From Mustelus asterias (Eukaryota): 64,000 nt of DNA. The stretch's first letter is position 1. Each line of letters opens with the position of its first letter. Under the pieces are notes generated by a model. It searched no databases. It was given only the letters and a program-made list of their open reading frames with translations, and was not told the DNA's origin. The stretch is from NCBI RefSeq assembly GCF_964213995.1, contig NC_135826.1:36022001-36086000 (forward strand), read 5' to 3'. Made by a program: the position numbers and the translations under genes. Shown in pieces: positions 1-12,710 of this stretch.

Positions 1-1259
1 ATCTGTCCATATATTCTGAAGTAATCTCAAAGTTCACATTTTGGATAATTACAGAATAAAATGTCCTTCACTGACCTCCAGTGGAGATTAATTGGTGCAG
101 TCAGACATTCAACTTCCTTTTAAACATCACTGTGCAATACATTCTTGTTTAGGAGCATGAGAGAATACCAAAAATACAGATGGCCATGAAAATTGTCAAA
201 TTATTAGTGAATTATGTAGAGATAAATTTCCTTAAAATATGAGCTTTCATTCTGGTATTCAAAATACACAGTACTCCAACAGTGGACAGAGTTTGGCAAA
301 TCTCTGGCAAATACCCAGGAAGGCAGCTAGAAGGCTCAGAGATTGGGGGCCAAATCTTTATCCTCCTACAACCTAGAATAACCTTCAATGCTTTATGTGG
401 ATGTGGATTCAGTCAGAACAAGCAACTATTTTACTGTTGATGAGGATATAAATTTAAAAATTGTCGGGGTCATATATATGAAATTAAACATAGCAATATA
501 ATTGACTGATAATAAGCTTATATCAGAAACAAGCATTTCGTAAATGCAAATATTACAGCAGAAAGAATACTTTCCAAAAGATAAAACAATTAATTTCTAA
601 ACTGCAATAATAAAAAAGGCTCCAGTCTCTTTAACCAATATTTAACGATCACTATCCTGTTTGTTCACTGAAGTTCCTACAACTTTCAATTATATACCAC
701 TTTAAACACATCACAATCCAAGTGACTCCCCAGCTCTGCCACTGCCAAGGAGGGGGTTTAGTTAATAATGCTGAAACAGCAGCAATAGATTCTACCATTG
801 AGTCATCACACTAATATTTAATGCAATATACAAAGAAACATGGACCATGAAAAACCACACTTCCCAATACAAACGTGCAGGATTCTCTCTTCCCACGTCA
901 CCATCTCAGGTGGATCACTGTAATTGGCCTCATGAGGAAGGGGAAAATTGCACATTGGCTCCAGCTAGATACGTCCGGCTGAAAATAAGCTTCACTTTAA
1001 TGTTAACGCTCGAATAGGAAAAAAGAGCAACTTGAGTGAAATACTGAGGACCTGGGAAAATGTTCCATCAACAGGCCTACATTTTGAGGAGCAGAGCGAA
1101 CAATACACAATCAGCGCACATTTCTAAAGGTGCCCTGGAGAAGAAAATGAAAGGGACTGAAAACTGAAATATTAAAGCTACTTTCACTCATTTGGCAACC
1201 CAACACATATGCACTTGGCTAAGTTTTGAAGTGACACCGTGAAGCAGAATTATATTTGT

Positions 1260-1265
1260 TTTATT
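1260..1265 (-). terminator. Putative polyadenylation signal of NDUFA11
   Basis: AATAAA on the minus strand about 48 nt after the stop codon. Confidence 0.6.
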
Positions 1266-1312
1266 GGACAGAATACACTATATTACAATAGTTTGCACTG
1301 CTTGAGCTGTTT

Positions 1313-1425
1313 TCAAAGTTTGGGAGGTCCTGATATGCGCCAACCTTCCATCTTGCCCATCTTCATGAGAGCGGCAATTACGCCAAAACCAAGGCAGGCG
1401 GAGGTACCCGTCATGTAGCTGTGAG
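1313..1425 (-). CDS. NDUFA11: NDUFA11 coding exon 4 (stop)
   Basis: tctttccacAG acceptor; AHSYMTGTSACLGFGVIAALMKMGKMEGWRISGPPKL*; total CDS 408 nt = 135 aa + stop. Confidence 0.93.
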
Positions 1426-2319
1426 CTGTGGAAAGAGACAAGGTATGTATTAAAATTATCACAGTTCAGATGAATCATCAACCTGAAATACTTAACTCTC
1501 TACACTATTGCTGCCAGACCTGAAGTTCCAGCATTTTTCTGATTCTAAAATTGTACAGCCCTTTCCGCTTTACTAAAGCAAATAATACACCAATGCCAGA
1601 ACATGAAATATTCAGCACCGAATCAGGTCAGATCACCACACATTCAAAAAAAACATGAACTGGACACACAGTAAGAGCTACATGTGTGAAACATTGTAGT
1701 ATCTTCATCACAAATACTCAAGAGCCCATTCTATGAGAAACCATTACAATGAAACATACTGGAAGCATTTCAAAAGCACGCTGGGACATAGAAACCAGCA
1801 TGCAGAATTTCAAATGTTACTTGTTAAATCACAAATCATGGGAAATGCTGCTCCAGTGAGAACATTACCATGTTTGGACCTTAAAGTGTTCATAAAACCA
1901 TCTATCTGGTGCTATCTAGTGGACAACATTAGGAACAGCAGCTGTCGCAACAACCAGTCAACTACTGAGCCATTAATCACAGGGCCCCTCAATTGTGAGC
2001 CCTCCAATCGAACGAGAAATCTGGCTCAAATCCAACTGGGAAAAAGAGGGTGGGATAAACTGCTAATTCAGATACTCCAAATTTATACCAGTTTTTCAAT
2101 AAACCAGGGGATTATCACAATTGAAAATCTCCCACTTCCGCATCCCCATCACTTTAGGGAACCTCTGGAATACACATTTGTTACAAGTGCCACCACTCTT
2201 CCCAATTATCGCTAGAATGTTCACTATACTGCTGCCTACTGTACATAATATAGTTCAAGAACCTCAGGATGGGCAGCAAAGTTAAAAGGATACAATTCCA
2301 AGGCCAGTATTCATCTTGC

Positions 2320-2570
2320 ATGGCCCAGATCAGGTGTAAGGGATCAGGGTGGCCAAGGCTTCACCTGATGCAATTTTTTTAAAGTCATCGTGACCTTTTG
2401 GCCAAGATAAAGCACAGCTCGAGCCCAGGAGTGGGTGCAATGCCTCATCCTCTCAGCTTGGATCTTGCTTGATCAAGCCCAAGGTGGGATGTACACCCTT
2501 GCTTTATCAACTTGGATCTGGTTTGCCCCTCATGTGGGGACTCTGATTGAACTTCATTGGCTTTTTGATT
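2320..2570 (+). repeat. Diverged second copy of the double-U2-head repeat
   Basis: tggcccagatcaggtgta and ccttttggccaagataaag U2-like motifs separated by gcaatttttttaaa; downstream cagcttggatc...gatcaagcccaag...cttggatc...gactctga parallels 15820-15910. Confidence 0.55.
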
Positions 2571-2774
2571 AGGAATGAAGTACCAAAAAGGCACAAAAAA
2601 AAATTGTCAATCAGTCCAGTAATTCAGTTAATACCCTATCCAGGATCAGTCAGTCTGATCACCAAAATTGAGCAGGGGAGCCACAATTCAAACACAACTC
2701 AGTCATCAAATTGACTTCATACAAATCACTTAATACTCTAGAGTAATATTGTTTAATTCTATCAGATATTTGAC

Positions 2775-2954
2775 GTGAAGATGCTGGCGTTGGACTGGGG
2801 TAAGCACAGTAAGAAGTCTCACAACACCAGATTAAAGTCCAACGGGTTTATTTGGTATCACAAGCTTTCGGAGCGCTGCTCCACTCAACTGATGAAGGAG
2901 CAGCGCTCCGAAAGATCACGATACCAAATAAACCTGTTGGACTTTAATCTGGTG
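2775..2954. mobile_element. Fold-back Penelope-like terminal-repeat insertion
   Basis: Inverted arms 2825-2882 and 2897-2954; CTGATGA...GAAA at 2889-2913; flanking direct repeat ATCAGATATTT at 2761 and 2955. Confidence 0.75.
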
Positions 2955-3924
2955 ATCAGATATTTAGACCAAGGGAAATTTGAGTAACTCCATTATAAAG
3001 GCTTACACACGTTGGCATGTGCACATTTAAGAATTCGTTCAATTCAAATGGGAAAACCTATGCCAAGTGCTGAAGGGGCAGAGTAGGTTTGTTTTTAAAT
3101 TTCAAAGTTCTCACTGCAGATCACGGCTTCATTGGTTGAAATTTTTTCAGAACTTTTTTTTTTTTAAATGGTGCACCTGCTTAGTGACTATGCATTATCT
3201 TTTTTCCCTGATGCCCAGCTCTCGAAGTCTCAAAGTAGCAGGTTTACAGCTTATAAAATAAAACAGCTAAAAATCCACTGGCCTACTCGGTGCTCACTGC
3301 CAACCAGAAGGGAGAAAGGCCTCAGCCAGAATTACCAACAGTTGCCCAAAGGACAAGAGTACAATTTCAAAAATCTCCAAGTTCAAGCAAATGCCATTAG
3401 TTCGGCTGATGGACCACGACAATTTTCAGGTCATGAAATGTTAATGATAAAAACAGTAAAGACATGGATGACAGTGAATCTGGTAGAGAAAGGGCCCATG
3501 GATGTTGTTGTGAAGATGTGTGACAGGTTGAAATATGCATTTATAGGTGAGCTAGAAATAATGTCAATCTATAAACTAAAAGACAAAACCACGAAACAAA
3601 AACCCAATGCTGATGAGGCATCTGAAGCATCAGTAAGGACCAAATGCAAAGTAATAAATGTGCTGGCTGCTATCTCTTTACTTGGAATAATGATATAAGC
3701 ACTTTACTGGTCCATTACAAGACCTAGATCCATGAAGATATTTCTGATATTGTTGAAAAGGTATGCCAAAGAAATAGCAATCTTTCCTGGGTAAGGCACT
3801 CTTTCGGCCTCCTTCTGCACAGAATTGTCCAGGAGGGCTAACTTTTCCTGGATAATTGTGCAGTGTCGAACAGTCCGGACCCCGCCTCCACCAATGCCGG
3901 CTGCATTCATCATCTCTCTAAATT

Positions 3925-4075
3925 CCCCCTCCCTCCAACCACCCTCCCCACCCCCCCCTCCCCCTCCAACCACCCCCCCCCCTCCCCCTCCAACCACCCT
4001 CCCCCCCCCAACCACCCTCCCCCCTCCAACCACCCTCCCCCCTCCCCATTTTCCCTTCCTCCCCCTCCTCTCCGC
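3925..4075. repeat. C-rich low-complexity tandem repeat
   Basis: Repeated CCAACCACCCTCCCCCC units. Confidence 0.85.
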
Positions 4076-4534
4076 CAATTTATGTCCCCTCCACCCCTAT
4101 CTCATCCACTTGCTGCAGAAACTTACCTTCCCCCTGGCCTGTTATTTTCAATTGAACCTTTAAACTCATCTGCTTTGTAGTAGCTAGTGCCGTTAAAAGG
4201 GGGGTGAGTCCTCCTGTGCTTTGCTGCTCGAGTCTCACCCGGCCCGAGTCCGGAAGGTCAGGCGTGACAGAATTGAAGCATAGGCAAGTTGGCATGGTAA
4301 CCCACTGCGGATTGCCACTCCGAGGAAGTTACAGCCCAACTAGTAACGATTTATACAGACCCTCAATTTTTCTTTTCAATAATTTACCCATTGCTGAAAT
4401 GAAGGTGACTGACCTGTAGTTACTTGGCCTATCCATTTTAAATAATGGTACAACATTGGTAGTCCTCAGGCACCATGTTTGCAGCCAGAGAGAATTGGAA
4501 CTGAGTCCAAGTTCTGGACTCAGAGGTAGGATCT

Positions 4535-4980
4535 GAAGGCATCGGAGAGAGTTTGGAGGGAGTACAGAAGAGTTCACAAGAATGATTCCAGGGATAAACA
4601 ACTGTAGCTGAGAGGTTAGATTGGAGACATTAGGAATGTTTTCTTTGGAGAAAAGGTGGTTGAGAGGAGTATCAATAGGGATATTCAAAATCCTGAGGGT
4701 ATGAACAAGGTAAATAGTGAGAAACTGTTCCCTTTCAAGAAAGCACAGATTCAAAATAATTGGCAAATGAGTAAAAGTGATAAGGAAAACTTTTCTCATC
4801 CAAATGGTGGTTGGAGTCTGGAACAAACTTCCAGAGTAGGGGAGGTAGGTTCAATTGAGGTATTCAAAAAGGAATTGGATTGCTATCTGATAAGAAAGAA
4901 TGTGCAAGGTAACAAGGGAGTGGGACTAGGTAGAATGTTTTTTTCAGAGTCAGTACAAACTCAATGGGCCAAATGACCCA
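4535..4980 (+). mobile_element. Degenerate CR1 3' fragment
   Basis: agaagagttcacaagaatgattccaggg and downstream CR1 3' motifs, ending tcaatgggccaaatg. Confidence 0.6.
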
Positions 4981-4981
4981 A

Positions 4982-5282
4982 GGTGGCACAGTGGTTAGCA
5001 CTGCTGCCTCACAGTGGCAAGGATCTGGGCTCGATTCCTAGCTTGGGTCACTGTCTGTATGGAGTCTACACGTTCTCCTCATACTTGCGTGGGTTTCCTC
5101 TGGGTGCTCCGGTTTCCTCCCACAGTCCGAAAGGCGTGCTGGTTAGGGGCATTGGCCATGCTAAATTCACCCTCAGTGTACCCAAACAGACGCCAGAGTG
5201 TGGCGACTAGGGGATTTTCCCAGTAACTTCATTGCAGTGTTAATGTATGCCGACTTGTGACTCATCAATAAACTTTACTTTT
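4982..5282 (+). mobile_element. V-SINE-like tRNA SINE with alternative tail (type B)
   Basis: Same head and core as type A but tail ccctcagtgtaccc...cagtaacttcattgcagtgttaatgta...cttgtgac...aataaacttt. Confidence 0.85.
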
Positions 5283-5319
5283 TAGTTTTAGGCCCAAATT
5301 TCTTACCCTGTGAAAGTCA

Positions 5320-5880
5320 TCATGTTACGATCACTCTGAGATCTAGAGGATCCTTTGCTATGAGGTTATTAATTAATCCTGTCCTGTCTCATTACACATC
5401 AGGTCTAAAATTGCCAGTGCCATGGTTTGCTCCAGAATGTATTATTCTAAGGAAGTGTTCCAGGTACACTATGAATTCATCCACCAGGCTACCTTTGCCA
5501 ATTTGATTCATCCAATCTAAGATTATTAAAATCTCCCTCGATATTGCTTTCTTATAAGCCCTCATTATTTCTTGATTTATATTCTGTCCAACAGCATAGC
5601 TATTGGTCAATAGGGCTGTAAACCTTATGGCTTCTTTCCTTTGCTACCAATTTCCACTCAAGTTGATTCTACATTTTGATCCTCCAAACAAAGATCAATT
5701 CTCACGACTGTACTGATCTCATGCTTCATTAACAGAGGAACCCGACTCCTTATCCTTTCTCCCTGTCCTTCTGAAATGATAAATGCCTTTGAATATTCAG
5801 GTCCCAGCTGTGGCCACTTTGCAACCATGTCTCTATAATGGCTATCATAACATATCATAACACATTTCTATTTATGCTAT
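5320..5880 (-). mobile_element. Degenerate CR1 endonuclease-region fragment
   Basis: INQEIMRAYKK...DWMNQIGKGSLVDEF resembles the CR1 APE domain. Confidence 0.55.
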
Positions 5881-6175
5881 CATCTTGCTATCCAAATGTA
5901 TACAGCTTTCTTAAAGGAATGTTTTATTCATCATTTTTTCTAACTCTGACCTGACTTGTGTACTCTTAATTGTATGCCCTTTCGCTTTCACTGCCTTCAG
6001 CCCACAAATAAATACACCCAAAGAAAAAGACGTGAATAGACATAATGTGAATAAGTACTCTGCAATGTTTAAATTTTTTAAAAACAGATTATTTTTTTGA
6101 CAGGATCACTTTCCAAAACCTTATCAGAGATTTCTAGAATTCAAGCACCATCAGACAGCTGTAACAAGCACTCAC

Positions 6176-6298
6176 CTTTCACTCCGAGGAGGGCACCTGA
6201 AGCACAACCTCCAATGAAATAATTCAGTGGATCATCTTCTGTTCCTCGGATTTGTGCAGTTAGGCAAGTGGTCACTCCAAAAATTGCGCCAAGTGCGG
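6176..6298 (-). CDS. NDUFA11: NDUFA11 coding exon 3
   Basis: ccttttAG acceptor, GTGAG donor; 123 nt; AALGAIFGVTTCLTAQIRGTEDDPLNYFIGGCASGALLGVK contains the diagnostic DDPLNYF.GGC. Confidence 0.95.
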
Positions 6299-6449
6299 CT
6301 AAAAGGCAAGCAAACGGGCATGAGCTTGTTATATTCCTCAATATACAGCCCTCAAAATAAGACAAGAGAAAGAACATGATGCAGCTGCTAATTACACAAG
6401 GCTTTCGATCAAACAGCAGCAGCAAAAAATATCCAGAATATAATCTATT

Positions 6450-8265
6450 AAGAGAGAGTGAGTCATGGAGGTTTACAGCATGGAAACAGGCCCTGCGGCT
6501 CAACTTGTCCATGCCACCTTGTTTTACCATTAAGCGAGTCCCAATTGCCCGCATCTGGCCCATATCCCTCTATACCTATCTCACCCATGTAACTGTTTAA
6601 ATGGTTTTTAAAAGACAAAATTGTACCTGCCTCTGGCAACTTGTTCCAGACATTCACCACACTCAGTGAAAAATTGCCTCTCTGGACCCTTTTATATTTC
6701 TCCCCTCTCACCTTAAACCTATGCCCACTAGCTTTAGACCCCCCTACCTTTGTGAAAAGATGTTGACCCTATGCCCCTCATGATTTTATAGACCTCTACA
6801 AGATCACTCCTAAGCCTATGCTCCAGGGAAAAAAATACCAGTCTTCTTATAACTCAAACCATCAAGTCCCGGTAGCATCCTAGTAAATCTTTTCTGCACT
6901 CTTTAGTTTAATAATATCCTTTCCACAATAGGATGACCAGAACTGTACACAGTATTCCAAGTGTGGCCTTACTAATGTCTTGTACAACTTCAACAAGACG
7001 TCCCAACTCCTGTATTCAATGTTCTGACCAATGAAACCAAGCATGCCAAATGCCTTCTTCATTCACCCTGCCCAGTTGTGACTCCACTTTCAAGGAGCTA
7101 CGAACCTGTACCCTCAGGTCTCTCTGTTCTATAACTCTCCCCAACACCTTACCATTAACTGAGTAAGTTCTGCCCTGCTTCAACCTACCAAAATGCATCA
7201 CCTCGCATTTATCTAAATTAAACTCCATTCATCAGCCCACTGGCCCAATTGATCAAGATCCCATTGCAATCCTAGATAACTTTCTTCACTGTCCACTATG
7301 CCACCAATCTTGGTGCTTTCTGCAAACTTACTAACTATGTCTCCTAAATTCTCATCCAAATCATTAATGTAAATAACAAATAACAGTGAACCCAGCACCA
7401 ATCCCAGAGGCACACCACTGGTCACAGGCCTCCAGTTTGAAAAACAACCCTCTACAACCACCCTCTAGCTTCTGTCATCAAGCCAATTTTGTATCCAATT
7501 GGCTCCCTCACCCTGGATTCGGTGAGATTTAACCTTCTGCAACAACCTACCATGTAGTACCTTGTCAAAGCCCTTGCTAAAGTCCATGTAGACAATGTCC
7601 ACTGCACTGCCCTCATCTACCTTCTTGGTTACCCCTTCAGAAAATTCAATCAAATTCATGAGACATGATTTTCCACTCACAAAGCCATGCTGACTGTCCC
7701 CAATCAGTCCTTGCCTTGTCTCTCAGTTCCTACAGATCTTATCTCTCAGAATACCTTCTCACAACTTACCCACTACAGATGTTAGGCTCACCAGCCTGTA
7801 GTTCCCAGGCTTTTCCCTGCAGCCCTTTTTAAACAGCAGGGTAGCACAGTGGTTAGCACTGCTGCTTCACAGCTCCAGGGACCTGGGTTCGATTCCTGGC
7901 TTGGGTCACTGTCTGTGTGGAGTTTGCACATTCTCCTCGTGTCTGCGTGGGTTTCCTCCCACAGTCCAAAGATGTGCGGGTTAGGTTGATCGGCCATGCT
8001 AAAATTGCCCCTTAGTGTCCTGAGATGCGTAGGTTAGAGGGATTAGTGAGTAAATATGTAGGGATATGGGGGTAGGGCCTGGGTGGGATTGTGGTCGATG
8101 CAGACTCGATGGGCCACTGTAGGGTTTCTATGATATCAAAATTGGCCTTGCCCCAATTCAGAATTTTAACTTTTGGGCCAGACTATAATTTTCTATAGTT
8201 ATCTTAAAACTAATGGAATTATGGTCACTGGTCCCAAAGTGATCCCTCACTAACACTTCTATCAA
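6450..8265 (-). mobile_element. CR1 LINE fragments in NDUFA11 intron 2, interrupted by a SINE
   Basis: RT ORF pieces (MDFSK.FDKV, LLFVIYINDLD, VRPHLEYCVQFW); same subfamily as 50755-54586. Confidence 0.88.
7836..8133 (+). mobile_element. SINE type A
   Basis: Same head, core and tail as 36680-37022. Confidence 0.85.
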
Positions 8266-8439
8266 GATTGACAATATATTCAACACAATTGGATTTGGGA
8301 AGTCAGCAAAGGAAATTAGCAGCCTTTAAAGTAATAGATGCACCGGCAGTGTAAGGCAGTACTCCACGATAATCATACTCTGGAGAAAGTAGACTTGATT
8401 ATCTGAAATGTCTTTTCTCTCTCTGGATTTTAACACTCA

Positions 8440-10385
8440 GGAGATCAATCATTTCAGTTGCAGGATTTGACTGCAGGAGCTCCTCAGGGTAATGTAGGAA
8501 TCACCTTCAGCTACTTCATTAATTACCTTCTCTCCACTGTAAGGTTAGAGGTGGGGATGCTTGCTGCTGATAATGCAAAGTTCAGCACTATTCACAACTT
8601 CAAATACTGAAGCATACCGTGCCCTTATGCATCAAGACATGGACAACATTCAGGCTTGGGCTGATAAATGGCAAATTACATATGCATCATACAATGACCA
8701 CCTCCAACAAGAGAGAATCCAACCATCGCCACCTGACATTCATTGGCATTACCATCACTGAATTCCTCATTATCAACATCCTGAAGGCTACCATGGACCA
8801 AAAACGGAGCAGGAAAAACCATATGATTACAGTGATTACAAGAACAGGGCAGAAACTGGGAATTCCGCACCAAGTGATTCGAATCCTCACTCCCCAAAGC
8901 CTGACCACCATCTAAAAGGCACTAGTTGGGAATGTTTTGGAATAGTCTCCACTTGCCTGGATGAGTGCAACAACACTCAAGAAACTCGACACCATCCAGG
9001 ACAATATAGTCCATCTTAAACATTCATTCCTTTGACCACCAACACACAAGTGTCAGCAATGTGTACCATCTACAAGATGCACTGCAACAATTTACCAAGG
9101 CTCCTTCGACAGCACCTTCCAAACTTGCAACCTTTACCACCAAGGACAAGGCAGCAGATGCATGGAACACTACGACCTGCAACACACCATTCTTCCTTCA
9201 TTGTTGCCAGGTCAAAAGTCCTTCCCTAACATCACTGAGTGCAACTACACCCACAGGGATTGCAGTGGCGGTTCACCACCACCTTCAAGGATAAATAGGG
9301 ATGGGCAACAAATGCTGGCTTAGCCAACAACACTCACATACTGTGAAAGAGTTTTTTTAAATTTCCAACCATGTTTTTTAATAATTGACATTCTGAATGA
9401 AGTCCACCCTTTGACATGAATTATGCTTTTCCATTTCCTCCTTGGGCCTCAGCACAAATCTCCTCCATTAAACTATCTTCTCCTCAATTTCCTTCTGTTC
9501 CCACACCGAATTATACTACTTTATCTCTTCGGTCCCAAATAACATCAACCACTGGTCCCTTTGCTGCAGAATTGCTTCAATGCTGTTCCCTTCACCTAAA
9601 ATCAAAAGTGGAGATGTTCGCTGATCATTGCCATGTCAGTACCTCAACTCCTTAGATACTGAAGCAGTCCATGCCTACAAACAGCAAGGCCTCAACATCA
9701 TTCAGGCTTATGCTGATGAATGGCAAGTTCCTTCACTGTTGCTGGGTCAAAATCCTGGAACCCCGTCTGAACAGCACTGCGTCAGCATCAACACCAGTTC
9801 AAGGCGGCAGCTCATCATCATCTTCTCAAAGGCAATTAGGAATGGTCAATAAATAATGGCCGAGCCAGTGATAGTCATATCTCATGAACAAATTAATAAA
9901 TTCATACCACAAATGCCAGGCAATGACCATCTACCACTTTTGCTTGCCATTCCTCACTATGAACATGCTGGAGAAGCCACATAAGTTCAGTGGCAACAAG
10001 AGCAGGGTCCTGCCCACCCACAGTGGCAGCAGTGTATACCATCTACAAGTTACACTGTGGCAACTCATCAAGCCTCCTCCAACAGCACCTTCCAAATGCA
10101 TGACTACTGCCTCACAGACAGGCAATGGAGACAAATGCATGAAAACACCACCATTTGAAAGTTTCATTTCATGTCACCCACTATCCTGACTTGGAAGTTT
10201 ATCATTCTTTCACTGTCACTAGGTCAAAATCCTGGAACTGCCTCCCTGTATTGACACCACATGGACTGCAGTGGATCAAGAAGCTGGCTCACCACCACTT
10301 TCTCAAGGACAATTGGGGATGAGCAATAAATACTGAGTTTGTCAGTGATCTGCCCCATCCACATTCCAAGAGCCAATAAAAATAC
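8440..10385 (+). mobile_element. Cluster of degenerate fragments of a second CR1/L2-group LINE lineage
   Basis: MFAD and DNIQAWADKWQ RT remnants; three 3' ends ggcaa(t)tagggatgggcaataaatgctggc; same tail at 17970-18040 and 58650-58720. Confidence 0.7.
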
Positions 10386-10970
10386 TTTCCTCACCTTCTT
10401 GAAGTCTGCTGTTGACATCTACTTTATTCCCATAACAGCATTGATGATATAAATCTCCTGATGCCTGTTTTACCATTCAGCAACAGTTCTCTTGCTGTCT
10501 CGCTGCCTAAAGCTGCACTTATGTTAATCATGTCAGCATCACCATGTAGGTATGTGGGAGTAAAACTACTGAAGCGATCAGGACTCCTGATTTATACTCC
10601 ACATCCGAATCTTCAAAATCAATATAACACTCCCATTTCCCTTCCTTAATATTTTAACTATTTATCTTTAACTTCACTGTTACTTTCATACTCACCTGTG
10701 TTCAACTTCTCTTTTGCTGTGTATCATAGTGCCCCACTGCAGACCACAATGACCTCAGCATTCAAGCACTCCAGAGAGTCAGTGCCTCCGAAGGGTTCAT
10801 GCAGCCCAATGGAGCTACATTTCCCAAGACCACATGCATCCACAGTAAACAGTACACAAGTAAAATAATAGAAGTTCTTGGTGAAAATTGATTCTCCTGA
10901 GAATCATATCGAGCGAAGCAGACTTCTTCACAAACAATCTTGGACTGGAGTGTAACAGAGATGTCCTTAC

Positions 10971-11063
10971 CCATAGTCAAGGTGCCATTGGTTGCTCTCT
11001 GCACCGCTTCAACAACATTTGTAGGTGGCAATGCAACAATATGATAGGCTGAGCCAACGAGGC
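10971..11063 (-). CDS. NDUFA11: NDUFA11 coding exon 2
   Basis: ttctcttcatAG acceptor, GTAAG donor; 93 nt; (G)LVGSAYHIVALPPTNVVEAVQRATNGTLTM; phases match exons 1 and 3. Confidence 0.9.
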
Positions 11064-11584
11064 CTATGAAGAGAAGTTACAAGAATAAGACAATCAAAGG
11101 AAGATCTGACATTCTGTAGAGAATGACTGTTTTATTATGACACAAAGTTACACCACCACAGAAATCTAGTTACTGTACCCCTTGTACCCCTTTCAACAGC
11201 TCTCAAATAGAAACAGGTTGAAGTGGCACCTCTGACAAAATGGATCACAAACAATTTCCAAATGTTACCGTCAAGCCTGTAACTGATAATATCCAAAACG
11301 TAACTATTTACATTTTACCTCCCCTTCAGATGCAAATAATCATATCGCTAAATGGTCAATCTAACTGAAAAAAACTATCAACACACATCCGTGGTCAAGA
11401 ACTCACTGCGTAAGGTTAGTCTTAAACATAAATAAAGGCAACTAAAAGGGTAAGACAACAGAAATGGTCAGTACGATAAAAAGGTTAAAAAGATGGTAGG
11501 GATTCAATGCCAGATATGTATCCAGGGCCCAGAGATGGGGATACACCCGATACAAAACTTTAGGGCCTGGGAGGGTTAGAGAAG

Positions 11585-11983
11585 GTCATGATGTGGAGAT
11601 GCCGGCGTTGGACTGGGGTAAACACAGTAAGAGTTTTAACAACACCAGGTTAAAGTCCAACAGGTTTATTCGGTAGCAAATGCCATTAGCTTTCGGAGCC
11701 CTGCTCCTTCGTCAGATGGAGTGGAAATTTCCTCTCAAACAGGGCATACAGAGACACAAAATCAAGTTACAGAATACTGATTTAGAATGCGAATCTCTAC
11801 AGCCAACCAGGTCTTAAAGCTACAGACAATGTGAGTGGAGGGAGCATTAAGCATAGGTTAAAGAGATGTGTATTGTCTCCAGACAGGACAGCCAGTGAGA
11901 TTCTGCAAGTCCAGGAGGCAAGCTGTGGGGGTTACTGATAGTGTGACATAAACCCAACATCCCGGTTTAGGCCGTCCTTATGT
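11585..11983 (-). mobile_element. 5'-truncated Penelope-like element: ORF C-terminus plus terminal repeat with hammerhead motif
   Basis: Minus strand reads THKDGLNRDVGFMSHYQ* (typical vertebrate PLE GIY-YIG C-terminus); flanked by 10-bp direct repeat GTTAGAGAAG at 11575-11584 and 11984-11993. Confidence 0.8.
11683..11719 (-). ncRNA. Minimal type I hammerhead ribozyme motif
   Basis: CCAT-CTGACGA-A-GGAGC-AGG-GCTCC-GAAA-GC-TA-ATGG: stem I CCAT/ATGG, core boxes, stem II, palindromic AGCT in place of stem III. Confidence 0.7.
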
Positions 11984-12174
11984 GTTAGAGAAGCCCAAGC
12001 TTGATGTCCTAAAGGACACCAAGATCTGAAAACTTGGCTTTAAAAAGCAGAGGGCAGTGACAATGATCAATGGCAGTTGTCATGGTTACTATGATTGGCT
12101 TTTTAATTCCAGATTTATTAATTGAATTAAAAATAAAATCAGAACCATCAGCCTCACTTTTTTTTAAAGTTTTG

Positions 12175-12710
12175 GTCTCCTTATTTGGTGAAGGATGTGG
12201 TGGCATTGGAGGCAGTTCAGAGGAGGTCATCAGATTCATTCCTGGAATGAAAGGGTTGATATACGAGGAGAGATTAAACAGTTTGGGCTTATATTTGCTG
12301 GAGTTTAGAAGGATGAGAGGGGATCTGATCGAAATATGTGAAATGTCAAAAGGAATTGATAAAGTAAATGTAGACCAAATGTTTCCTCTTATGGGGCAAT
12401 CTAGAACAAGAGGTTACAGGTATAGTGAGAGGCAGTAGATTTAAAACTGAGATGAGGATGAATGACTTCGCAGAGGGTGTGAATTTGTGGAACTCACTGC
12501 CCCATAGTGCATTGGAGTCTGAATCGTTGAATGGCTTCAAGAAGGAGATAGATATATTTCTAATAAAAAAAGGTACAAAGGGATATGGGAAATAGGTGAG
12601 AAGGTGAATTTGAGACCAGGGAGAGCTCAGCCATGATCTGACTGATGGCGGAGCAGGATCGAAAGGCTGAATTTGCTTATTTCTGTTCTTAATTCCTATG
12701 TCCCTATGTT
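12175..12710 (+). mobile_element. CR1 LINE 3' fragment
   Basis: YEERLNSLGLYLLEFRRMRGDLIE; ends ttcctatgtccctatg. Confidence 0.8.

Noticed and set aside
1733-3698. 160-aa and 176-aa plus-strand ORFs
   Set aside because: No recognisable domains, antisense within NDUFA11 intron 3, no splice or promoter support.
3704-4180. Pro-rich and Gly-rich ORFs
   Set aside because: Translation of a C-rich low-complexity tract inside an intron.
4982-5050. tRNA genes at SINE heads
   Set aside because: A and B boxes are present but run into SINE cores; no complete cloverleaf or Pol III terminator.
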